A stretch of 64,000 nucleotides of DNA from assembly GCF_009914755.1 (NCBI RefSeq), contig NC_060934.1; one strand, written 5' to 3'. A program made the translations under genes and the position numbers. The notes below the pieces were generated by a model. That model did not search any database. It had not been told where the DNA came from and saw only the letters and a list, made by a program, of their open reading frames with translations. Within the stretch, counting starts at the first letter, position 1, and each line of letters opens with the position of its first letter. This DNA comes from the human T2T-CHM13v2.0 reference genome, Homo sapiens. Below are positions 39,063 through 51,252 of the stretch, one piece after another.

Positions 39063-39064
39063 AT

Positions 39065-39800
39065 GTCTGAAACCCACAACCCAAATCTAACGTGCCCTCA
39101 ACCCAGCTCCCTAGCTCACACTGCCACAGCCCCAGTTACCAACAGCTCATCCGGATGCTCGGCCTGAAGCCTTGGCATGGGCTCGACTCCTCTCTGTCTC
39201 ACACCCCAGCCCGTCTGTCGGGAAATCCTGCAGGCTCTTCCTTCAAGCGTTCCCAGACTCCGACCGCATCTTGCCCCTCCTCTGCTTCTGGCCACCGTCC
39301 ACTCCCGCCTGGATTCCTGCAACAGCCTGGTCTCCCCGCCTCCACCCTCGCCCTAGAATCTATTCTCAACAAAGCTGCAGGCGTCGTCCTTTTGAAACAA
39401 ACATGTCAAGCCCCGCTCTGCTCAAAGGCTCCACACTCCCATTTCTCTCAAGTAATAGCCCATGTCCTTCCGGCTGCCAGCAAGCCGTCCAGGACCCAGC
39501 CCCAGACCCCTCTGGCCTCGGCTCCTCCACCCTCCCTGTGCCTGACTCTGCTGCGCTCTCTGAAGCAGCCCAGTGAGCCCACCATGCGGCCTGTGCACCA
39601 ACAGCTCCCTCTGCCCGGAGCCCTCTTCCCCAGAGCCGCACGCTTTGCACCCTGGGCTCACCATATCCCTATTTAGTGTGTCGTTTTCACCAAGATTTCA
39701 CCCCAATGAAGACTGCAATTGCCCACATCATTTTTTTCCTTGCTGCCCCCCTCAACAGTATTTGTTTGTTAACATCCTATACATTTACTTAGCTTCACAC
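39065..39800 (+). mobile_element. L2 (L2a-like) LINE fragment
   Basis: CTCGACTCCTCTCT.TCTCACACCCC, AAATCCTG, CCTGGATTCCTGCAACAGCCT, TCTATTCTCAACA, CTCTGCTCAAA are typical L2 3' segments. Confidence 0.75.
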
Positions 39801-40043
39801 AAATCAGTTCCAATCCACTCAGCCTTTCCACTGCTTTGAATAGGCTGACGGGGCATCTGATAGAGCTTTCTGTGCTCACTAAGCGACCCCACCAAGAGGG
39901 CAGCCCCCAGTCAAGAAAGGAAGCTGCTCAGCCCTAAAGGTCCTGTGAACGGGCTCTAAGTCCCTGCAGCTCTAGGGTGGGGCAACTGCAGGTGTCTGTG
40001 GGGCTCAGGGAGATATCACTGCAGTACCTCCTCCAGATCTGTT

Positions 40044-40513
40044 CTCAACAAAGCCCTGTTGAGTGAATGAATGAGTGAATGAATCAGTAGATGAGTGAAT
40101 GAAAACACAGTGAGTGAATGGTGAGTGAGTGAACGAATGCACGGTTAATGATAATGAGTTAGTGAATGGGGAGTTAGCAAATGAGTAAATGAGATGAATG
40201 AGCGAATGAACACATGGTGAGTGAATGAATACATGGTTACTGAATGAGTGAAGGAGTTACTGAATGAGTGGAGTTACTGAATGAGTGAAGGAGTTAACAA
40301 ATGAGTGGAGTTAGCAAATGAGTAAATGAGATGAATGAGTAAATGAACGAGTAGATGAGAATGAACACACGGTGAGTGAATGAATGCACAGTGAATGAAT
40401 GCAGTGAGTGAATGAACACATGGTAAGTGAATGAATGCATGGTGAGTGAATGAGGTGAGCAAATGAGAGATGAGTGAATGAGTGAATGAACGCACAGTGA
40501 GTGAATGAATGAG
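40044..40513. repeat. (TGAA/TGAG)n-rich low-complexity tract, probably an expanded L2 3' tail
   Basis: CTCAACAAA...TGTTGAGTGAATGAATGAGTGAATGAAT followed by about 450 bp of degenerate GAAT/GAGT repeats. Confidence 0.85.
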
Positions 40514-43145
40514 AGTGGATCTAAGTGAAAGATCATAAGAGCCCACTATGCGTGTGCTGACCCCAGCCCCATACTGACTGGGCCTGGGCTGCCAACTGCG
40601 CTTCTGACTTCTCAGCTGATTCCTGGTGTGACCCTGGGCTCTGCTCTCTTTTTCCATAAGATCCGCAAGTTGTGGGAGGTGCACATCGACTTAAACATTT
40701 GCGAGGTGAAGCAAGCTGAGGTGCAGGGGTTGGGGCTGGAAATGCAACCTACAAGGAGAATGCATCAGTCTGCAGATGCCTGCGGGGTCATTGCTCAGGA
40801 CGGGACCAGACAGCAAGCACCATCCACGCTGGGTGTGGCCACACTGGGACTCAGCGGAGAGGCTGGCTCCTCCTGTCCTAGGGCCTGGGGAGCAGCCAAC
40901 AGCTGCGCCCGGATTCAGGACTCACACGAGGGTAATGTGGCGTCTGAATCAAATGCCCATCCCACACCAAATGTGGGTCAACAGAAGCAACACACCATTG
41001 CTAGGGAAAGGCGGCTGTTTTAAATCCTATCTCATGGTAAGTGCACGGTTTTATTTTGGACACTTCTTCACAGAGAAATTTTCGTATGTGTTTGATGGGA
41101 GGTCAATATATGAAGATTGACAACTGTTCACAGTTGTTTTGCAGGAAATGTGCAGTGACAAAACCTCGTACCAGGCTGTGGAGGCTGCACCGCCCGCTGA
41201 CATTCACCTGAGGCTTGGGAATCTAACAGGGCCTGGCCGCAGAGCCTCCCCTGCCCTCAGCCCACCAGGAGCCACGGACGCCGGATCCTCAGGCTGCACT
41301 GGTCCCTCAGGCGTGGGCCTGTCTGCAGAATAAACCCGGCTGAGCGCAAACCTCAAAATCCACGGGAACCAGGCCTCGGAGGGCCCCGAGATGTCCCCGA
41401 GTCCAAAGCCTCCTCGGCAGTCGGCCACCTCCACCCCCAAGTCACCTGTCGCTCCGCCGCACAGGCAGCCAGCAGGCGCCTCCTCACCCAGGGACGTGGC
41501 AAGGCTGAGTCACTCCCAGGACTCCTTCAGTGAGAGCCTTAAATCCACCCTGTTCTTCCACTCCCTGGAGGGTGCCCCAGCTCCAGAGAGGGGACAACAT
41601 GGAAGGTGACAGCCGGGACAGGGACCGAGAACCCTGTGCCAGCCCCAGCTTCTGAGGGCCCAGCACCATGGCACAGCAGGCCCAGTGTGTGGTTCACGGT
41701 GTCCCCCAGGGCCGAGGAACCAAGTTCCTCCTGGAAGCACCCAGGGGGCCCAGGCAGCAGGTACTGTCCCTGGTGCTGCCATCTGGCCCATCAGCCCGTC
41801 TGGCCTCAGCCCTGACAGCAGCCATGGGAGGTCCGGCATCCCCGTACCCGTGCCCACCATGTCTCTGGGCAGTGCTGCCCCACCAGGCCCCATGGCTACT
41901 CACAGACAGCCCCACAGGGCCGCTGGTGGGGGTGGGTGCTGGGACCCCCGGGGAAGATGGTGAGTCAGCAACAGTAGCAAGGCTGGCAGGTGCAAGAGGC
42001 CGAGGGAAGGTCCAGGGGTCTGGGATGAATCTGCCCCACCTGCCCTTGGAGGCAGCCATCCTGGCCTTGGAAACATCTAGATGTCGTGCCATGGACGTAG
42101 GATGAGAATCAGGTCCCTTTCCTGGAATCCAAGCAATAAGAGAGCCCAGGACATCCTAGGATTTTGCTCCAGAATCACCTCCGAGTCTCAGTGCCCGCTC
42201 TTCCTTCTGGCCACTCCGCCGACGTGTCACTGCAATGCAGGGTCACAGCACAGCCAGGCCACGGGGCCAGTGGCCAGGGGCCAGCGCAGTGCAGAGCCAC
42301 CCACCGTCACTGACGCATCATGCCGCAGGGATGAGGACCTGGGCCCATGGGCTTCCCACACCACCTTCTCTCAGGCTCCAGGGTCTGCCTTCCTGGGAAA
42401 TCCCTTCAAACGTCCCCTTCCATTAGAGAAACTACAGCCTTCAGCGGAAACCTCCTCAGCAGCTCCATGTTCTTCCTGCCCCTCTTTTCTCCCCACCTCC
42501 TGGCATCTCTGAGAAGCAGACACCCAGGCCTGTGTCGGGCAGGAGACTGTACAGGAAAACCCCCTCTGCCTAGGAAACCTCAGCCCCCCACCCCGCAAGT
42601 GGTGGCTGCCTTCCACCCTGGCATGCGGAACGGTCACAGTGAAGGCCCGCGAGGATGGAAGACCCCCAAGCCGCCACACCACCAGGCTGCCACCCGGTGA
42701 CGCCAGACCCACATGCGAGGCTTCCCTCATCATGAGATGAGCCTGGAGGTAATTCTGGGGCCCAGCTTTTGGACCAGCTTTTCGGTCAGCAATTTTCGAG
42801 TCCACACAAATCAGAAGGTGGACCCACAGCGAAACACAGAAAACAGCATGACCGCAGCAGAAAAACCATTTTCAAGGGAAGATGCAGAAAAGTGAGCTTT
42901 CAGCAGAGTGATGAGATGCCACCACGCCAAGTCTGGGATCGGCTGGCATCAGGCGCGTGATCCTACAGACACCAGCCATCCCACAGACCTCCTGGCACTG
43001 GGCACTGGAACAGGGTCAGGGTCAGCACCTGTGCCAGCTACACGGTGTCTAAATGTGGTCCTGTGCACCTGTGAATGCCAAGAAGGACATCACCACAGGC
43101 ACTCAGAGCATCTGCATCCACCCGATACACTCAGAGCACAAAAGG

Positions 43146-43444
43146 GGCGAGGCACGGCGGCTCACGCCTGTCATCCCAGCACTTTGGGAAGCCAAGGCGG
43201 GAGGACTGCTTGTGGCCAGGAGTGTGAGACCAGCCTGGATAACACAGCAAGACCCCCATCTCTGAAAAAAAAAAAGTTTTTAATTAGCTGGACATGATGG
43301 CACACACCTATAGTCCCAGCTACTCAGGAGACTGGGGCGGGAGGATTGCTTGAGCCCAGGAGCTCAAAGCTTCAGTGAGCTATGATTGTGCCACTGCAGT
43401 CCAGCCTGGTGACAGAGCAAGACCCTGCCTCAAAAAAAAAAAAA
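43146..43444 (+). mobile_element. AluJ (AluJo-like)
   Basis: Diagnostics GGAGGATTGCTTGAGCCCAGGAG, GAGCTATGATTG and GCAAGACCCTG. Confidence 0.93.
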
Positions 43445-45059
43445 CCCAATGTATCTTCTCCCAAGGTTTCCTCCGTTACCCCAGCGTGGCCCACGGTCCC
43501 CAAGAGTCCAGGTCAGATGCAGGCTATGGCTCCCCAGGGCTCGAGGCCGTGGCTGCGCCCCATCTGGGCTCACTGAACGGCCTCTGTTCCTGTCCCTCCC
43601 CAGCCCAGCCTCCCCTCCTCCATTCCTCCTTCCAGCTCAAAGGATTGGATTATCACCCTGGGAAAGGGATGTGCTTATTTTTGACCAACTGAATTGAAGT
43701 AAGGAAAGGCATTATTTCTAGACAGAGTGTAAGACTCTGTTCTCTTTTATGTCTCCAAAAATAAGAGTCAGAAGAGCCGAGCAGGGCCAGCAGTCTGCCT
43801 TCCCATGGATGCACAAGTTTGTGGATTCTGGGCTGCGTGTCTTGGCCAGGACCATCAAAACCACCGAAGACGGGCCGAAGGGAGTCAGGGCCCTCCACGA
43901 GAGCCGCTGGAGAGAGAGCCAGGGAGGACACCAGCACCTGGACTTCCCAAGTTGCAGCACAGAGACGGCCACAAAACTGGGCTCCAGCCCACCATTCCTG
44001 TGCGGGGAGGTGGCCAGGCTGAGGAGGCTGGGACCACACCAGGGCCCTGAACATCCAGAAACATGGCATGCTGCCCTTCCTATCCACTGACCAGTTTCCT
44101 TCTCAGGAACCCAGAGAGCCAGCCTGGCCCCCGGCTGCAGTTCTGTGCCCACCGCCTTGCTGGATGGCAGCTGGAGCTCACTGAGAGCTCAGTGGCCAAT
44201 CACCTGCCTGCCCGTGGCCCTGCAGGGAATCGGCAAGGAGTCCAGAGCCTTGCTTTGCAACTGCCTTTGGGACAGCGGCAGCCTTTGGGACAGCTGCAGG
44301 CAACATCCCAGGCCTGCAGGGGACTTTATTCGACCTTGACCCAAGCTGGTCGGGGCAAAGCATTGTGGGGAGCAGGGTGTCTCTTCTGAGTCCCTTGCAC
44401 AGACAAGTGCACACACACATGCACACATGCTCCTTTCCAAACCTCTGCCTTCAGGCTGCAGGAACCTGGCTTCTCACCCGGGGCCCGACACACCCTCCCG
44501 ACCTCTCCTTCATTGGCTGTCTCGGTGCAGGGCCAGCCTGCACTCTGGCTCACCTGGGAGAGGGTCTTTCTTCATCTCCCAAATCACGATAAAATCACAT
44601 GAACATCCTGTTGATGGCAGAAGGCAGCAGTGGCAAAGCAAGGCTTCGGAATTCCTCCCCAGTTCCCTCCAGGGAGAGGTGGGGGTGGTCTTGAGGGGGC
44701 AGCTTAGGAATAGACTCCTTACCATGAAGACCCCCTGGGAACCCATTGCTCACACCCCTCTCTGCAGACTCTGCCCTCTGACTTGGCTCTCAGAGCAGCT
44801 CCACCATCACTCTGTGGGGTCAGGAAAGAGACCTGGAGACACTAGATCCCCACCTCATGTCCAGTGACAGAAGAAACTACAAACCCAGCAAAGACCCACA
44901 CATGCCATGCCCCGCACATGCCATGCCTCCGTGAGTTCTAAAAACAAAAATTCACCAGTGAATTTCTCTGTAATCCTGCAGCAAGAGAGGCCTCTCCAAG
45001 GAAGACAAAGACTGCAGAAGCTACAGGGAAAGGGCTCTTGACCAGGAAGATACACAGAA

Positions 45060-45960
45060 CGCTACAAAAATGCAAAGCTTCTGCATAGATAACAATAAAC
45101 ACAGTTTTTAAAAAATCAAAATACCGGCCGGGCGCGGTGGCTCACGCCTGTAATCCCAGCACTTTGAGAGGCTGAGGCGGGTGGATCACGAAGTCAGGAG
45201 ATCAAGACCATCCTGGCTAACACGGTGAAACCCCATCTCTACTAAAAATAGAAAAAATTAGCCGGGCGTGGTGGCAGGCGCCTGTACTCCCAGCTGCTCA
45301 GGAGGCTGGGCGGGAGAATGGCATGAACCCGGGAGGCGGAGCTTGCAGTGAGCCGAGATCGCGCCACTGCACTCCAGCCTGGGCGACAGAGCGAGACTGT
45401 CTCAAAAAAAAAAAAAAAAAAAAAATTCAAAATACTACAAACTGAGAAAAAGCATTTGCAATACATATGACAAACAAGGGGCTACTTTTCTTACAAGGAA
45501 CTTATACAGATTATTGAGAAAACCAACCCAACAGGAGACGGGGCAGAGGCCACGAGGGCCACTCATGGTACAAGAGTGTGTCAGACCCGAGACTGCCCTG
45601 CCTCAGTCCCCATTTAACAATCCAAGCCAAAATAGCAAGGAGATGCCCTTTGTCTTGAATACAGCCAGTGCCAGTTGCCCATATACCATGCAGGGGGCGG
45701 GGGACGGGGCATATAAGTGGCCCAGCCCTTCTAGAAGCAATTAGCAACAGTGATCAATAGTCCAGCTGCACCCAGTTTAACACAGTAATGATTGCAACTG
45801 TGAAGTTCCACAGTCAGCAAGCCCACAAAAATTCATCAAGACCGATGTGCAGTGACTTTCACGACTGAAGTGTAAGAACAAAAAGCCCTGGGCTACCCGT
45901 GTCCATAACAGGCGAGGTGACATGACCATGTTACGGCCATAACACGGACTCTCGTGCAGA
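45060..45960 (+). mobile_element. Highly degraded L1M fragment interrupted by an AluY
   Basis: AAAGCTTCTGCATA...AAACTGAGAAAAAGCATTTGCAATACATATGACAAACAAGGGGCTA. Confidence 0.5.
45126..45425 (+). mobile_element. AluY
   Basis: CCATCCTGGCTAACACGGTG and GGCGGAGCTTGCAGTGAG. TSD TCAAAATAC on both sides. Confidence 0.96.
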
Positions 45961-46124
45961 CGTTACAAACTAGGTGGAGCGGCGTGCTGATAAGAACATA
46001 TCCCAAAGAGACAACATAAAGCCTTTGCAGGAGTCCAGAACACTCTGCACACAACACTCCTCTTCATGTAAATGACAGACTCTACGTGACAAGTACATGC
46101 ATGTGTGTAAAGACATACACATGT

Positions 46125-47803
46125 GACCAGGTGCAGTGGCTCACACCTGTCATCCCAGCACTTTGGGGGGCTGTGGCAGGGGGATGGCCAGAGCACAGGA
46201 GGTCAAGGCTGCAATGAGCCATGATCATGCCCACCCGCACTCCATGTTCACGCCCCTGCACTCTGTAATCATGCCACTCCACTCCCTGATCATGCCACTC
46301 CTCCATGATCAAGCCACTGCACTCCGTGATCACGACACTCCACTCCGTGATCACGACACTCCACTCCCTGATCACACCACTGCACTCCGTGATCACACCA
46401 CTGCACTCCGTGATCACGCCCCTGTACTCGGTGATCACACCCCTGCATTCCATGATCACTCTGAGGCCTCCACTCTGTGATCACGCCACTGCACCCCATC
46501 ATCACGCCCCTGCACTCTGTGATCACGCCACCTGTGCTCCATGACCATGCCCCTACACTCCGTGATCACGCTGAGGCCTCCACACCGTGACCACGCCCCT
46601 GCACCCCGTGACCACGCCCCTGCACCCCGTGACCACGCCCCTGCACTCTGTGACCACGCCCCTGCACTCCATGATCAGGACACTCCACTCCCTGATCACA
46701 CCACTGCACTCCATGATCATGCCCCTGCACTCGGTGATCACACCCCTGCATTCCGTGATCACTCTGAGGCCTCCACTCTGTGATCACGCCCCTGCACTCT
46801 GTGATCACGCCCCTGCACTCCGTGACCACGCCACCTGCGCTCCATGACCATGTCCCTGCACTCTGTGATCACGCTGAGGCCTCCACACCGTGACCACGCC
46901 CCTGCACCCCGTGACCACGCCCCTGCACCCCGTGACCACGCCCCTGCACTCCATGATCATGCCACTGCACTCCCTGACTATGCTGAGGCCTCCACTCCGT
47001 GACCATGCCCCTGCACTCCGTGATCACGACACTCCACCCCGTGATCACGCACCTCCACCCCCTGATCACACCACTGCACTCCGTGATCACGCCACTGCAC
47101 CCCATGATCACGCCCCTGCACTCCGTGATCATGCCACCTGTGCTCCATGACCATGTCCCTGCACTCCGTGATCACGCTGAGGCCTCCACACCGTGACCAC
47201 GCCCCTGCACCCCGTGACCACGCCCCTGCACCCTGTGATCACGCCACTCCACTCTGTGACCACGCCCCTGCACTCCGTGATCACGACACTCCACTCCATG
47301 ATCACCACACTCCACTCCGTGATCACGCACCTCCACTCCGTGATCATGCACCTCCACTCCCTGATCACACCCCTGCACTCGGTGATCACACCCTTGCATT
47401 CCATGATCACTGAGGCCTCCACTCTGTGATCACGCCACTGCACCCCGTGATCACACCACCTGCGCTCCATGACCATGTCCCTGCACTCCGTGATCACACT
47501 GAGGCCTCCATGCCGTGACCACGCCCCTGCACTCCGTGACCACGCCCCTGCATCCTGTGACCATGCCCCTGCACTCCATGATCACGCCACTGCACTCCCT
47601 GACTACGCTGAGGCCTCCATTCCATGATCACGCCCCTGCACTCCGTGATCACGCCCCTGCACTCCGTGATCACGTCCCTGCACTCCGTGATCACACCCCT
47701 GCACTCTGTGATCATGCAACTACATTCTGTGATCATGGCACTGCACTCCATGATCACGCCACTGCACTCCATCCTGGACAACAGAGCAAGACCTATCTTT
47801 AAA
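46125..47803 (+). mobile_element. Monomeric old Alu (FRAM/AluJ-like) split by an internal minisatellite
   Basis: Head GACCAGGTGCAGTGGCTCACACCTGTCATCCCAGCACTTTGGG...GGAGGTCAAGGCTGCAATGAGCC (46125-46220). Tail ATCCTGGACAACAGAGCAAGACCTATCT (47771-47798). Confidence 0.88.
46219..47770. repeat. Alu-derived minisatellite, about 21-bp unit (CCGTGATCACGCC(A/C)CTGCACT), about 70-75 units, with about 303-bp higher-order blocks
   Basis: The unit equals the Alu right-arm segment CCGTGATCACGCCACTGCACT. Homologous ORF starts at 46587, 46890, 47193 and 47515 mark the higher-order period. Confidence 0.95.
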
Positions 47804-47823
47804 CACACACACGTGATCCTCGT

Positions 47824-47825
<2 letters not shown>

Positions 47826-47860
<35 letters not shown>
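47826..47860. repeat. Perfect (AC)17 microsatellite
   Basis: Direct reading. Confidence 0.95.
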
Positions 47861-47866
<6 letters not shown>

Positions 47867-49061
47867 TAGACAGAGTGACCTTCAGGCCCCATCTTTTGCT
47901 TCTCTAGACTATGTCCGTGTTTGAACCTTCTACTTGAACTATTTTTGTTGGCAATAGGGGTTATCTGGGTGTGAGATTATGGGTTCTTTTCTGTTTCCTT
48001 CTTTGGGCCTCTCTGTTTATTAAAAAACAAAAGCCTGTTAAATACAACATAAAACAGACAGTGCCCCAGCTATTCCTAACGTACCTTACCGGGCCCGCTC
48101 CTGCTGGGTAAAAGAAAGCCATTTTGCCAGCTCACGTCTTAGTGGGCCTGGACCAGTGTATTCCAAGCTTAATATGATTGTCTTTTTTTAAAGGAAAAAA
48201 ACATTCTCACATAGCCCAAAGAGTATGTTCATGAAGCCCAGCTCAAGAAATACTGTCTTTGAAAATCTTCTATCAGAAATCTTCTATCAGAAAAGGGCTC
48301 CGGTTGGAAAGCACTGTTGCGGACAGGGAGTATCCCCCTGGGCCGGTCGGGTGGTTTGTGCAGGTCCCCGGGAGACGAAAAGACAGATTCCCTCCCGGCA
48401 CCTGCAGGCCCCTCTGCTTTGGTTCCAGGACCCACAGAAACCTGCTCCACCTTGGGAGAAGCCCGGGTGGGAGATCAGACATGGTGCTGAGGCCGCGGGG
48501 CAACTTCTCTGACGATGGCTATTTCAGCCCAACCAGGATGGTGGGGTCTGGGGGGAAGAGAGCTCCTCAGACGGGAGCCTGTTCACAGGGGCCACTCTCC
48601 CCATGCTGTCCGCTGCCACTCTCAGAGCAGCGTCCCTGCTGAGCGCCGACATTCAGAGGGAGGCGCCTCCCTGATCCCGGCCTGGAGGCAGAGCCGCCAG
48701 CTGGCCAGGCAGCAGCCCAGCCGCTCCGGGGGTGGGGGCGACAGGTGCTGGGCGGGGAGGCGCTACATTGTGTAACACTCAGCAGCCACGCTACACTTGG
48801 GAAGAGCGGATGTGCTGAAAATGCCCAGTGCAGGACCAAGGTGCGCCAACCAGCCCGCACCACGCCCGAGAGGCTTCGCAGCCGCCCACCCCGGCTCTCA
48901 CAGCGCCCATCCCTGCCACACGCCCTGCCAGCTGCGCCAGCTTCCCCAGGCCGTCCAGAGTCGCTGCTGGAACTGGAATAAAGTCCTCTCTGAGACAGCT
49001 CCTGGGTGGTTTCCTGCAGTTTTCTGGTGGCTGATGAAGAGGGCAGTGCCAGGCGTCAGCT

Positions 49062-49192
49062 ACCCACCTGTGCCTGCGCCCACCTGTACCTGCACCCACC
49101 TGTGCCTGCGCCCACCTGTACCTGCGCCCACCTGTGCCTGCGCCCACCTGTGCCTGCGCCCACCTGTGCCTGTGCCCACCTGTACCTGCGCC
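49062..49192. repeat. VNTR, 16-bp unit CCCACCTGT(G/A)CCTGCG, about 8 copies
   Basis: Direct reading. Confidence 0.93.
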
Positions 49193-50921
49193 TGTCCTTC
49201 TGCAGTTCACTTATTTAACCCACAGCCATGGCTTCACCAGGGGAAGTGACATACTAAACACTACACTGAAACCCCAACTTGAAACAAGAAATAACAACAA
49301 AATAATAATAACAACGACGACGAAGTCAGCTTGCCATTAAGGAAGCCGACACAAAGCATCCGATCACCCAGCTGTCTGAGTAGGCTGGGGCCACCAGTTA
49401 AACATCTTAGCCACCAGCAGCCACTCCTCTGGGGAACCGGCCAGAAGTGACTGCTGCACCCTATTAGCTGCTGGAGCGAAGGGAAGAAGTAAGTGGTTTC
49501 TCTGGAGAAAACACAGCACAGGCTACAGCAACTCTGCTGGTCAGGAGGCGGTGGGGGGCGTTGTCATTTCCTGTCACAGCCCCTCTGAGGCTGGGGTCGG
49601 GGAGGCTGGCCCTGCTGCGTTCTCAGGCCGAGGCTGCACCAATCACATTCCCAGGGGTCCTGACCACAAAAGGTCCACCAAGGCGGACCCCACTCCATGC
49701 AGCCAACCCGGGGGCAGCAGAGAAGAATCCAGTGACCAGACAGAGCAGGGAGAGGCGTGTGCACCTCAGGGCCACGATGGCCAAGACCCAGCCGGGAGGC
49801 CGGCCGAGGCCCCAGGCCCCAGGGACTGCGCCAGTCCTCTATGCTATCTCAGCTCTGTGAGCGCTACTGAAGACACCCCAGCAAAACGTTTTCAGCACAG
49901 AGCAACACGCTGATCAGTGGCTTTGGGGATGACTGTAACACGGGTAAGTTACAAGAAAAAATGGCACAACCCGCCCTGTGAAATCTGAGCGGAGCAAACA
50001 GGCTGTGAAGGCGTTGGCAGAACGCAGACGAGGCTGCGAAGGTCCAGCGGCAGCCACGCCCCCCTCACCGTGCGACCAGCGGAGGCAGAGTCCTGGATGC
50101 ACTCACTGGGAGGAGGGTGTCATGGGGACCAGGCTCCCAGACAGATGGGCAGTGGGGAGGGCTCCAGCCTCTAGAAAGGCAGATTCCCTCCAGGCCGCCC
50201 ATCTTCCTCGGCACAGAAGGCCAGTGAAGGGGGCGGTTTGTGACCTGCAAGTTGCAGCAGGTCTGGGCCCGGTTTTGGGGAACACCTGAGGGTCCAGCAT
50301 CTGCAGAGCTGAAGAGAGGAGGAGGGAGAGGCCGCGGGCTGTCATGGAGATGACCCCAGCACTAAGAGGAGGGAACACGTGGTGCCATACACGTCCGACT
50401 CCGCTGCGCCTGAGACTGAGAAACACAGCTGCTGCCTCCTCCTCCGCCCCCATGGCTGGCTGTGGCTCCACTTCTCCCCACGCTCTGCTGGGAAGAGCCA
50501 CCCCAGACTGCCCAGGAGGCCTCCCTGAGTCCAGCCCCGACCCATCCAAAGTCCAGGGGAACCAAAGGAGAAGACGGGTGCAGCCCCCACCTGATGGTCA
50601 GAGGCAAGTACACAGATGGCACAGAATCAAAACCTGTCTGGCCACGGAATGTGCCCTTCTCTGTCACAGACTCTCCAAATTCCAGGACTTGCTGCTGAGG
50701 CTTTTAAGCGCATCCCACAGCCTCTGACCAACCATGAGCAGAGCTGGCCAACTGAAAGGGCACGTGGACCACAGGAGGATGGTGGTGAAGAGCAGACGCC
50801 GACCACAAGCCCCGCATCCACCCGTGCCTGAGGTCTGCAGGGTCCGCAGCGGCTTGCCGGGCCCCATGGGAAGCCCCGCAGGAAACGGGCAGAGTAGGAG
50901 GTGGCATCAAGGTGGAGAACA

Positions 50922-51128
50922 GGGGCAGGTGAGGTTGGGGGGGGCAGGTGAGGTTGGGGGGGCAGGTGAGGTTGGGGGGGCAGGTGAGGTTGGGGGGAAC
51001 AGGTGAGGTTGGGGGGGGCAGGTGAGGTTGGGGGGGCAGGTGAGGTTGCAGGGGCAGGTGAGGTTGGGGGGGCAGGTGAGGTTGGGAGGGCAGGTGAGGT
51101 TGGGAGGGCAGGTGAGGTTGGGAGGGCA
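50922..51128. repeat. G-rich VNTR, about 18-20-bp unit GGGCAGGTGAGGTTGGG(G)n, about 11 copies
   Basis: Direct reading. G-runs reach 9 nt. Confidence 0.94.
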
Positions 51129-51252
51129 GCAGATTCAACCCATGAGGCTCCACAGGGACTCTGAGCACCCATGACACCCACAGAGCCCCCAGTAGCATCG
51201 ACTGCATGGGCCTTTCCCCTCAGACGAACAGAGCTGCAGCCCTGGGAACCAC

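Noticed and set aside
46082-47892. Many ITECRGV/HSVITPL ORFs
   Set aside because: They are translations of the 21-bp Alu-derived minisatellite.
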